Origin: Bacillota bacterium
GTDB lineage: Bacteria; Bacillota; Clostridia; Christensenellales; DTU072
Direction: 5' to 3'
Assembly (NCBI GenBank): GCA_044426075.1
Contig: JAWXUT010000001.1
Span: 1 to 50,688 of the forward strand
Length of the DNA stretch: 50,688 nt
In this document: one piece after another, positions 36,797-49,316 of the stretch
How the letters are laid out: each line of letters starts with the position of its first letter
How positions within the stretch are numbered: the first letter of the stretch is position 1
Notes under the pieces: model-generated
What the model saw: the letters and a program-made list of their open reading frames with translations, nothing else
Databases searched by the model: none
What the model was told of the DNA's origin: nothing
Position numbers and translations under genes: made by a program

Positions 36797-36840
36797 TTCT
36801 ACTACTATTCTACTACTATTCTACTACTATTCTAATACTC
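36797..36840. repeat. Second array of the same 11-bp repeat (3 exact copies plus 1 degenerate)
   Basis: Units at 36797, 36808 and 36819, plus TTCTAATACTC at 36830. Confidence 0.9.
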
Positions 36841-36871
36841 ATAGAAATTTGAATAAAGCGTTTGTATAAAT

Positions 36872-36903
36872 AAAAACCCCCTTACAGCTTATACTGCAAG
36901 GGG
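36872..36903 (-). terminator. Intrinsic terminator of guaBA
   Basis: On the minus strand, the CCCCTTGCAG/CTGTAAGGGG hairpin (one mismatch) is followed by GTTTTTATTTAT. Confidence 0.7.
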
Positions 36904-36923
36904 TAAGATTTTGTTTGTATATA

Positions 36924-38459
36924 TTATTCCCACTCGATTGTTGCTGGGGGTTTGCTTGTGATATCATATACTATGCGGTTGATGTGGTCAACTTCGTTTA
37001 CGATGCGGGTTGAGATTTTCTCAAGTACTTCGTATGGGATTTTTGACCAGTCAGCGCTCATGGCATCAATACTGTTAACTGCACGTAGTGCTAGAGTGTA
37101 GTCGTATGTTCTCATATCGCCCATAACACCAACACTTCTCATATTTGTAAGTACTGCAAAGTATTGCCAAATTTCTGTGTCTAGGTTGTGTTTTGCAATT
37201 TCATCACGGAAAATATAATCTGCTTCTTGTAAAATTGCTATTTTAGCAGGTGTGATATCGCCGATAATTCTTATTGCAAGGCCTGGTCCTGGGAATGGTT
37301 GGCGCATAACTATGTCGCGCTCAAGCCCAAGTTCAAAACCTACTCTTCTAACTTCATCTTTGAAGAGGTCACGAAGAGGTTCGATAATTTCATCAAAGTC
37401 AATTACGCTTGGTAGTCCGCCTACGTTGTGGTGGCTCTTGATTAGTGCGGCATCGCCAAAACCAGATTCAATGATATCTGGATAAATTGTACCTTGTACA
37501 AGATATTCCATTTTGCCAAGTTTTCTGCCTTCATCTTCGAATACGCGGATAAATTCAGCACCGATAATTTTGCGTTTTGTTTCTGGATCACTAACGCCAG
37601 CTAGTTTTGATAAAAATCTATCTTGCGCTTGTATGCAGAATAGATTCATACCCAATCCATCGCGGAACACACGCATTATGTCTTCACACTCGTTTTTACG
37701 CATTAAACCGTGGTCAACTAGCATACAAGTTAGTTGATTTCCAACAGCTTTGTGGATAAGTGTTGCGGCAACTGCACTATCAACTCCGCCACTCATTGCG
37801 CATAGAACTTTTTTGTCGCCAACTTTAGCGCGAATTTCAGTAACCATTTTGCTTACGAATCCTGCCATTGTCCATTCACATTTTGCAACGATAACTTCAG
37901 TTAAGAAGTTTTGTAGAATCTTGTTTCCGTCTACAGTGTGCACAACTTCTGGGTGGAATTGTACGCCATAAATTTTTGCCTCTTTATTTGCATATGCTGC
38001 AATTGGGCAAGTGTCTGTTGTTGCGATAATTTCGTAACCCTCTGGAATTTCTGCCACATAGTCGGTGTGTGACATCCAACATACATTGCTTTTATCCACA
38101 TCTTTAAAAAGTGGTGCATCTGCATATTTGATTGGTTGTTTGCCGTATTCTTTTGTAGTTGCGGATTTTACTAATCCACCAGCCAAATGTGCTATTAATT
38201 GCGCGCCATAACATATTCCAAGTAGTGGAATACCAAGTGACAAAATCTCTTTAGAAACTGCCAAAGACTTTTCTTCAAATACACTGTTAGGTCCGCCAGT
38301 AAAAATGATTCCTACTGGTGCGATCTCTTTGATTTTCTCAATTGAAGTTGAATATGGCATTAATTCGCAGTAAACACCCAAATCACGGATACGCCTTACT
38401 ATTAATTGATTATATTGACCGCCAAAGTCTAATACAATTACTATCTCTTTATTATTCAT
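36924..38459 (-). CDS. guaA: GMP synthase (glutamine-hydrolysing)
   Basis: An N-terminal GATase-1 domain, the ATP-PPase motif SGGVDSAV, and a C-terminal PPATIEWE. Confidence 0.93.
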   Translation of the reverse strand: MNNKEIVIVLDFGGQYNQLIVRRIRDLGVYCELMPYSTSIEKIKEIAPVGIIFTGGPNSVFEEKSLAVSKEILSLGIPLLGICYGAQLIAHLAGGLVKSATTKEYGKQPIKYADAPLFKDVDKSNVCWMSHTDYVAEIPEGYEIIATTDTCPIAAYANKEAKIYGVQFHPEVVHTVDGNKILQNFLTEVIVAKCEWTMAGFVSKMVTEIRAKVGDKKVLCAMSGGVDSAVAATLIHKAVGNQLTCMLVDHGLMRKNECEDIMRVFRDGLGMNLFCIQAQDRFLSKLAGVSDPETKRKIIGAEFIRVFEDEGRKLGKMEYLVQGTIYPDIIESGFGDAALIKSHHNVGGLPSVIDFDEIIEPLRDLFKDEVRRVGFELGLERDIVMRQPFPGPGLAIRIIGDITPAKIAILQEADYIFRDEIAKHNLDTEIWQYFAVLTNMRSVGVMGDMRTYDYTLALRAVNSIDAMSADWSKIPYEVLEKISTRIVNEVDHINRIVYDITSKPPATIEWE

Positions 38460-38467
38460 ATATTACC

Positions 38468-39940
<1,473 letters not shown>

Positions 39941-39960
39941 TTAAGTTAAATATTAATAGC

Positions 39961-39989
39961 ATTATAAAACAAGTTGCGAAAATTGTCAA
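39961..39989 (-). promoter_or_regulatory. Consensus promoter of guaBA (TTGACA-17-TATAAT)
   Basis: On the minus strand the -35 is at 39989..39984 and the -10 at 39966..39961. Confidence 0.6.
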
Positions 39990-40114
39990 ACAATAAACGG
40001 CATAAAGCACAAATATATATCAAAACTGGTATAATTATGCAGATAAAAGAAGCATAAAAATGTTTCAAAAACGATAATAGAAAATATACTAATAAAGTGT
40101 AGAAAAAAAGGCTA

Positions 40115-40143
40115 TTGACAAAGGGCAAAAAAAGATATAAAAT
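40115..40143 (+). promoter_or_regulatory. Putative promoter of the GH3 gene (TTGACA-17-TAAAAT)
   Basis: -35 at 40115..40120 and -10 at 40138..40143. Confidence 0.5.
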
Positions 40144-40172
40144 GTACAAGATAACTAAATTAGGAGACAGAA

Positions 40173-42629
40173 ATGGGAAGAATTGAAGAATTAATTAGCA
40201 GTATGTCAGTTGCAGAAAAAGCACTAATGTGCAGTGGCAGAAAGTTTTGGTTCACAAGAGGAATCAAAAAGTATGCAATTGAGCCATATATGATGACCGA
40301 TGGGCCACACGGTTTAAGGAAACAAGACCAATCTGCGGATAATTTAGGGATAAATGATGCAATAGAAGCAACTTGTTTTCCGCCTGCAGTAACGCTAGCA
40401 AGTTCGTGGAACCGCGATGTATTAAAAAGGGTGGGCGAAGCCATTGGTGAAGAGGCAAAGGCAGAGCAAGTCGGCATAGTATTAGGGCCAGGAATGAACA
40501 TAAAAAGAAGCCCACAATGCGGAAGAAATTTTGAATATTTTAGTGAGGATCCATATATATCTGGGCAGTGTGCGCGATATTTTATTGAAGGTGTGCAGAA
40601 AAACGGCACGGGAACCTCGATAAAGCACTATGCGGTAAACAGTCAAGAAGGCGACCGATTGCGGATAAACGCAGTAGTAGATGAGCGTGCATTACGCGAG
40701 ATATATTTATCTGGATTTGAAGAGGCGATAACCAAGGCTTCACCATATACAGTAATGTGTTGTTACAACAAAGTAAACGGCAAGTTTGGCAGTGAAAGTG
40801 CTTATTTGATGAATACAATTTTGCGTGAAGAGTGGGGATTCAAAGGATATGTAATGACCGACTGGGGTGCAATAAACGACAGGGTTGAGGGACTAAAATG
40901 CGGAATTGATTTAGAAATGCCAGGCGGTTCGGGAGCAAGCGTGTATGACATTATCAATGCAGTGGGGGACGGCAGTCTTGATATAGAAACATTAAACAAA
41001 GCAGTAAAGAGGTTGCTTGCAATTAACTTTAAGGTGCAAGAAGCACGCGACACAACTGCAAAATACAGTATAGCAGAGCATCACCAGATAGCCAAAGAGC
41101 TTGCCTCAGAGGGTGCAGTGCTACTCAAAAATGACTGCAAGGCGTTGCCACTTTTAGATAATGAAGAGTTCGTTTTGATAGGCGACCTTGCCAAAAATCC
41201 ACGATATCAAGGCAACGGAAGTTCGCTAATTAAGCCCAATAAATTGACAAATTTATATGACACATTGAGTGCCGAAAAGCGTAATTTTGTCTATAGTGCG
41301 GGTTATGATTGTAAAGTTGATAAGATAGATAACAATATGATTGCAGAGGCTGTTTCTGTTGCAAAAAACAGTACTGGCAAGGTAGTTGTGGCACTAGGAC
41401 TCACAAAATTTTATGAGTCGGAAGGAAGCGACCGCACCAACATTGAATTACCTGCAAGTCAAAATGCTTTAATGGCAGAGCTAATAAAAATAGATAAACC
41501 AATTATAGTAATAATGCACTGTGGTGCACCCGTGGCAATGCCTTGGATAGGTGGAGTAAAAAGTATATTAAATATGTATTTAGCGGGGCAAGCAATAGGT
41601 GAAGCAACTGCAGATTTGCTTTTTGGCAAGGCAAATCCTAGTGGAAAACTTGCAGAAACATTCCCAATAGCGCTAGCAGATGCCCCTTGCCATAAATATT
41701 TCCCCGAAGGGCCTATGACAGTTGAATATCGCGAAAGTATCTTTGTAGGATACAGATATTATAACACCATAAATAAACCAGTAGCGTTCCCATTCGGGCA
41801 CGGATTGAGCTATACCACATTTAGTTATAGTGACATAAAGTTAAGCACACAAAGCACCACAACTGGCGATATATCCGTTACATTCACCGTTACAAACACG
41901 GGTGACACGGCGGGCAAAGTTGTATCAGAGTTATATATAGAAAAACAAGACAGTGCTATAGTTCGTGCAAAACGCGAGTTGAAAGGATATGAAAAAACAA
42001 TGCTTAATGCGGGTGAATCTAAGTCCGTAACAATTGAGCTTGACAAACGTGCATTTAGCTACTACAACACAGACACCGCAAGTTGGGCAGTGGAAGCAGG
42101 CAACTACCTAATTCAAATAGGTGCAAGTGTAGAAGATATAGTGCTATCCACCCAACTGCAGTTTATAAGCGATGATAATATAAAGATGTATGACAGCAAA
42201 ACATATGCGGATTATTTTAATCCAAATGGCACATTTAGTGATACAAGTTACTCTGCAATACTCGGGCACAATATCCCATCAAAAGCATATGATATAAATC
42301 CTATCCGTTGGGAAACCACGCCTTTAGAAAACCAAACTCACTGGTTTGGAAGACTATTCTTAAAGTTACTGTTAGGTGGTTCAAATATTGTTATGCGTGG
42401 TGAAGATGAAAATGCCATAATGATGCGTAAGTTTATGCAAGATATGATGCGATCAAACACCTTGCGATCAATGGCAACAACTAACGGCGGACTCATTTCA
42501 CTAGACAGTATGAAAGGGCTAATAATCGCCTCAAATGGCAAAGTCTGCAAAGGGCTCTGCCACACCGCAAAAGGCTTCATTAAAAACTACCGCCTCGACC
42601 GCAAACTCAAAAAAATAGAAAACGACTAA
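40173..42629 (+). CDS. Glycoside hydrolase family 3 (beta-glucosidase/BglX-like) with Fn3-like domain and C-terminal extension
   Basis: GPHGLRKQ, KHYAVNSQE, and a GYVMTDWGA nucleophile region. A C-terminal Fn3-like segment (VTFTVTNTGDTAGKVVSELY) is present. AGGAGA lies upstream. Confidence 0.88.
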   Translation: MGRIEELISSMSVAEKALMCSGRKFWFTRGIKKYAIEPYMMTDGPHGLRKQDQSADNLGINDAIEATCFPPAVTLASSWNRDVLKRVGEAIGEEAKAEQVGIVLGPGMNIKRSPQCGRNFEYFSEDPYISGQCARYFIEGVQKNGTGTSIKHYAVNSQEGDRLRINAVVDERALREIYLSGFEEAITKASPYTVMCCYNKVNGKFGSESAYLMNTILREEWGFKGYVMTDWGAINDRVEGLKCGIDLEMPGGSGASVYDIINAVGDGSLDIETLNKAVKRLLAINFKVQEARDTTAKYSIAEHHQIAKELASEGAVLLKNDCKALPLLDNEEFVLIGDLAKNPRYQGNGSSLIKPNKLTNLYDTLSAEKRNFVYSAGYDCKVDKIDNNMIAEAVSVAKNSTGKVVVALGLTKFYESEGSDRTNIELPASQNALMAELIKIDKPIIVIMHCGAPVAMPWIGGVKSILNMYLAGQAIGEATADLLFGKANPSGKLAETFPIALADAPCHKYFPEGPMTVEYRESIFVGYRYYNTINKPVAFPFGHGLSYTTFSYSDIKLSTQSTTTGDISVTFTVTNTGDTAGKVVSELYIEKQDSAIVRAKRELKGYEKTMLNAGESKSVTIELDKRAFSYYNTDTASWAVEAGNYLIQIGASVEDIVLSTQLQFISDDNIKMYDSKTYADYFNPNGTFSDTSYSAILGHNIPSKAYDINPIRWETTPLENQTHWFGRLFLKLLLGGSNIVMRGEDENAIMMRKFMQDMMRSNTLRSMATTNGGLISLDSMKGLIIASNGKVCKGLCHTAKGFIKNYRLDRKLKKIEND

Positions 42630-42633
42630 ACAA

Positions 42634-42654
42634 AACGCCCCAACAAGGGGCGTT
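42634..42654. terminator. Hairpin AACGCCCC-AACAA-GGGGCGTT after the GH3 gene
   Basis: 8-bp G+C-rich stem. The U-tract lies only on the minus-strand side (TTTTGTTT). On the plus strand it is followed by AAATAA. Confidence 0.45.
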
Positions 42655-42681
42655 AAATAATGCCTAATAAGCATCTACCTT

Positions 42682-42889
42682 TGTCAACGTGACATTGACA
42701 AAAATCTGAAAAAAGCAAATCTGTCAACGTGACATTGACAAAAATCTGAAAAAAGCAAATCTGTCAACGTAACATTGACAAAAATCTGAAAAAAGCAAAT
42801 CTGTCAACGTAACATTGACAAAAATCTGAAAAAAGCAAATCTGTCAACGTGACATTGACAAAAATCTGAAAATTCTACTTTTGTCAACC
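42682..42889. repeat. 40-bp tandem repeat array (5 units plus the start of a sixth)
   Basis: Units start at 42682, 42722, 42762, 42802, 42842 and (partial) 42882. Consensus TGTCAACGT[G/A]ACATTGACAAAAATCTGAAAAAAGCAAATC. Confidence 0.95.
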
Positions 42890-42940
42890 ATATCCGTTGG
42901 TTAATAAACCCGCAAAACAACTGTGTCGAAACTTTCCGCG

Positions 42941-42973
42941 TGCAAACAAAACAAGCACCTCGCGGGTGCTTGT
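42941..42973 (-). terminator. Intrinsic terminator of the Kdo operon
   Basis: On the minus strand, the ACAAGCACC-CGCGA-GGTGCTTGT hairpin is followed by TTTGTTTGCA, directly after the kdsC stop. Confidence 0.75.
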
Positions 42974-42982
42974 CAATCATTG

Positions 42983-43440
42983 TTATTTGTTAAGTGTTTC
43001 TATAAATCCTCTTACTGCTCCATTACCACCGTTATAGGCCGATACAAAATGCGCTACTTGTTTAATTTCTTGTACTGCGTCCTTTGGACAACCTACATAA
43101 CCGCATTGTTGCATAACTTCTAAGTCGTTTAAATCGTCCCCGATATAAGCAACCTCGCTCATATCTATTTTCAAATCTGAAACAACTTCTTTTAATTGGG
43201 GCAACTTATCGTGTATGCCTTGATAAAGCAATTTAATATTTAATTCTTTACATCTTTGCTCTGTGATTTCCGACTTACGCCCCGTTATTATGCAAGGAGT
43301 AATCCCAATTTGTGGCAATATAACACCTATTGCATAGCCATCTTTTACATTAAATGCCTTAACTGCCTCACCTTGCGAACCTATATATATTTTTCCATCT
43401 GTCAACGTCCCATCAACATCCATTACTAATAGTTTAATCA

Positions 43441-43441
<1 letters not shown>
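42983..43441 (-). CDS. kdsC: 3-deoxy-D-manno-octulosonate 8-phosphate phosphatase (HAD-IIIA)
   Basis: LVMDVDGTLTDG nucleophile motif, ITGR, and GDDLNDL. 152 aa. Confidence 0.85.
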
Positions 43442-45928
<2,487 letters not shown>

Positions 45929-45938
45929 TTTTATGCTC

Positions 45939-48900
45939 CTATTTAATAAATTTGCTTACGTATTCTTGCATGCTTTTCTCATGCTTACCTTTAATCTTAC
46001 TAAAATCTTTATCCTTATTTTTTACATATTGCTCAATACAATCAAATACATATTGATACCATTCATCTTTAAAATGCAATGGGTAAATACCCCACGTGTG
46101 AATTGGTGAACCTATGTTATTAGTTAGAGTCTCTACAACAACTATATCATCACCTACATATTGTCTAAATGCCTCCGTAGCAGGCTTAATCAGATCAAAT
46201 GCTGACATGCTTTGGTATTGTAGGTGTTCTAAACATCCATTTGCCTCATTTGCAATTTGATTTATCGGATAGGATTCTATTAAAATAACTTTTTTAGCAG
46301 GATAAATTCGCTTAACAGAATCAGCAATATATTTTATTGTTTTTTGTATAATATCTTCACAAATCATATCAGCTTTAATATCTTCTTCCACAAAATCCTT
46401 TAGAAGTTGACCACCATTTTTTTCTTTATACTTATTGTAGACATTAGTTCTTGTAATTAAATATGATTCCATTTCATTCCGCATTAAAACCATTGGCAAA
46501 CGCATATCGGCAAGATCTATTACTAAATACTCACTCTTAGTTGATAGTAGATAACTAATTCCTGAACTATTTACATCCCTAACAAAACATTTTCGCCTAA
46601 ATAAAGATATGTTTTTGTCCTCGAAATCAACATTTTCTACATTGATACGAACTCTTTCTGGATATAGAAAAGATTTTATTGGATTTGATAATGAAACATA
46701 GTTATTGATAACATACTTATTTTCTTTATCGCAAATTCTAAATATATCGCGACTTACGCAACAACCCAAAATGCTAAATGTGTTTTTATGATATCCACTA
46801 TATTTAACATCAAAACTTGCATCTAAATTTAATTGATCTTTTAATTCTTTTTCTCTTTTGTTCGCTTGCAATTTTAAACATTTATTTATTTCTGCTTTCT
46901 TTTGTTCTAGTTGTAATGTCTTTATTTCTGTTTCAAGCCTGCAATTTCTATTCTTATAAGCTTGGATTTTCAAATTGTTTTTAAGCTCAATTAGTGCGCT
47001 GCCTAATATTGCACAAACACTTATTTCTATGCCTAATGACATTAATTTTTTAGCTATTTTTAACCTATTAATTTGCGATAAATCATCTTTATTTCTAGAA
47101 TAAAAATATAAATATTCATCTTCCAAGCCGTATTGGAGCATGTCGTTATCGGGGCTTTTAGTGATTTTCATTATAGCTATATCATCTATCATTTCTGGAT
47201 CATGTGCTAAAATCTCTTCTAAATAAGACGTTATAGCATAAATTCTTGCCGCACTTTTAAGATTTTTAACGAAAGGTACTATCCTATCATAATCATTATC
47301 ATATTTTTGAGTCCAACAGATTTCATTACACAATACAAATTGATTATTGTTTTGCGCTTGATACCATGAAGTTGCCATGAAATAGCTAGGGTGCATGAAT
47401 ACTTCATGATCAAAAATGCCATATCTAGTTAATTGTGCATCACTAAAAAATTTATTCCTTACTATATTTGCGACATCATATCGGATTAAAAATTTTGCAA
47501 ATACCTCTATGTATCGTTCTCCAAAATAAAATTGTTCAGATTCATTCTTGCAAGTTTTTCGCACTAAATGCACCTTTTTCGTGTATACGATTTTATTCGT
47601 ACTGTAAATATCCATTGTGTTTTTAAGAGCAGTTATTATTTTCAGATAATCGCGATCTTCTTTTGATACTTTCAGTAGTGCTTTGGTCGATGTATAATAT
47701 TCAGCCAAACAAGATATACACTTTATTCTTTCATCCGAAGAATATTGTATGCCATAATCGCATTCTACATCTACAAATACATCATATTTTTTACATTCAA
47801 TATTGGTTTTAATACGCACCAACTCATCAGCTGCACTTTTTACTTCAAGTTTTATTCCAGTATACTGCAGTTCACGCGAAAAAACAAAGCTCTCAATGTG
47901 AGACCTTTTATCCTCATTTTTACAAAATACATATATAAATTCTTTTTCAAAATTACCTACTGCTTTGGGATTTATCTGTATTTTTGACAACTCTATTAAT
48001 GTCATATATCCCAACACTGCCCAATCCAAAAAACCATCGTTTTGCTTGGTGTTTAAAACTACAATTACATCAAGTTCGTTTGCGTTTTTGATGTAAGAAT
48101 TGGCTGCAATATTAAAATTCTCTTCCGACTCATCTACATTATCTAAGATAGTAAACTCATTAGTCTTTGTTAATTTAGTCAACACGCTAACCTCATTGTT
48201 TTTTTGTTGACTTTCATTTGAAAATATGCTGTAAAATGCACTAGTTAATCCATATATGCTTTGGCATTTTGTGCCTAAGAAACAAGACAACTCTTTGGCT
48301 GTATATGCCTTTAGAACAACATTTGCATATGCATACATGTCATTTGATACACCCATACATTTACATTCTGGAAACATATTGGCAATGTTTAAAACTGAAT
48401 CTGATCCAAATCCACATATAAACTTTAAATCTATATTTGTCATAAATGGCAATAATTCTGCAGGCACATAACCAGGGAAAGTGTTTAAATCCTTAGTGTC
48501 CTTTAAAATAGTAGTCATTGATGGATGAGGTTTAATCGTTAAATTATTACAATCATCAACAAGTAAATCTAAAAATAAAGCATTTGTTGTAAAGTAAGCA
48601 TTATCTCTACCATTGAAATATTTCTTATAAAAATCATCTGAATGCAAACGTTTTGAAGCTACGGCATCTGATGAAGGCATAAAAAATGACGTGATATTCT
48701 CTGTGCAATTTTTCAAACCATATCCGATAATTATATTTTCAATATCCATTTTGCTTAAAGTTTTAAATTCACTTGGCCAATTGAAATCTTCAAATGCTAT
48801 TGGTGTAATTAATGGATTGCTATATGCTAACAATACTTTATGATTATCGCATACTTTTGCATAATCTGGAACATTGAAGTTAGCTGAATACACCCACTCT

Positions 48901-49307
48901 GGATGCTTCTCAAATTTCTTCATAGAACCACGACCAAGTTCTAGTCTGTTATATTTAATACACTTTAGAGAAAAATAAATTCCTAAAGAATCTGGTATAT
49001 CTATAGAATTATATATTTCAGAAAATGCGCCAAAATTTATTTTCTCTTTAGCAAAAACTTGATCATATTTTTCGAGAATTGCTTGCTCTATTTTCTCGAC
49101 ACTTCCCCTCAATCCTTCGGCAAAATTTGCTTCATATGGAATAACTCTTGTGAAAATAGATTGCATTTGCTTAACATTGTATTTGTTACCAATATGCCAT
49201 CTTGTATTCCCAACCAAAAGAATAGCATCCTCATTCCTATGTTTGGTTAATCTATGCACAATGCACTGAATTAATGAGCCCCCATGATATAATGCATATA
49301 AAACCAT
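45939..49307 (-). CDS. 1,122-aa multidomain hypothetical protein; putative Kdo (ulosonic-acid) glycosyltransferase/polymerase with coiled-coil linker and an unassigned C-terminal module
   Basis: AGGAG lies 6 nt before the ATG and overlaps the GT2 stop. Its own stop overlaps the kdsB SD. A His-Pro motif (LTIKPHPS, aa 257-264) is followed by FICGFGSDS, and a heptad-rich stretch spans about aa 776-830. The C-terminal module starts FSILGCCVSRD. I recognise no confident family match. Confidence 0.5.
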   Translation of the reverse strand: MVLYALYHGGSLIQCIVHRLTKHRNEDAILLVGNTRWHIGNKYNVKQMQSIFTRVIPYEANFAEGLRGSVEKIEQAILEKYDQVFAKEKINFGAFSEIYNSIDIPDSLGIYFSLKCIKYNRLELGRGSMKKFEKHPEWVYSANFNVPDYAKVCDNHKVLLAYSNPLITPIAFEDFNWPSEFKTLSKMDIENIIIGYGLKNCTENITSFFMPSSDAVASKRLHSDDFYKKYFNGRDNAYFTTNALFLDLLVDDCNNLTIKPHPSMTTILKDTKDLNTFPGYVPAELLPFMTNIDLKFICGFGSDSVLNIANMFPECKCMGVSNDMYAYANVVLKAYTAKELSCFLGTKCQSIYGLTSAFYSIFSNESQQKNNEVSVLTKLTKTNEFTILDNVDESEENFNIAANSYIKNANELDVIVVLNTKQNDGFLDWAVLGYMTLIELSKIQINPKAVGNFEKEFIYVFCKNEDKRSHIESFVFSRELQYTGIKLEVKSAADELVRIKTNIECKKYDVFVDVECDYGIQYSSDERIKCISCLAEYYTSTKALLKVSKEDRDYLKIITALKNTMDIYSTNKIVYTKKVHLVRKTCKNESEQFYFGERYIEVFAKFLIRYDVANIVRNKFFSDAQLTRYGIFDHEVFMHPSYFMATSWYQAQNNNQFVLCNEICWTQKYDNDYDRIVPFVKNLKSAARIYAITSYLEEILAHDPEMIDDIAIMKITKSPDNDMLQYGLEDEYLYFYSRNKDDLSQINRLKIAKKLMSLGIEISVCAILGSALIELKNNLKIQAYKNRNCRLETEIKTLQLEQKKAEINKCLKLQANKREKELKDQLNLDASFDVKYSGYHKNTFSILGCCVSRDIFRICDKENKYVINNYVSLSNPIKSFLYPERVRINVENVDFEDKNISLFRRKCFVRDVNSSGISYLLSTKSEYLVIDLADMRLPMVLMRNEMESYLITRTNVYNKYKEKNGGQLLKDFVEEDIKADMICEDIIQKTIKYIADSVKRIYPAKKVILIESYPINQIANEANGCLEHLQYQSMSAFDLIKPATEAFRQYVGDDIVVVETLTNNIGSPIHTWGIYPLHFKDEWYQYVFDCIEQYVKNKDKDFSKIKGKHEKSMQEYVSKFIK

Positions 49308-49316
49308 AATTTACTC

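Noticed and set aside
40160-40609. 149-aa minus-strand ORF overlapping the GH3 start
   Set aside because: It is antisense to the well-supported GH3 N-terminal domain and would run through the GH3 promoter. There is no RBS.
42682-42700. parS-like site (TGTCAACGTGACA compared with the Firmicutes parS TGTTNCACGTGAAACA), tempting because smc is in the window
   Set aside because: Only the central ACGTG and the outer TGT/ACA are shared. The half-site length and spacing differ (13 versus 16 bp), so it is not a parS match.
42682-42889. Possible CRISPR array (regular 40-bp periodicity)
   Set aside because: The whole 40-bp unit repeats, so there are no unique spacers between repeats. No cas genes or leader are nearby. 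It is a plain tandem repeat.
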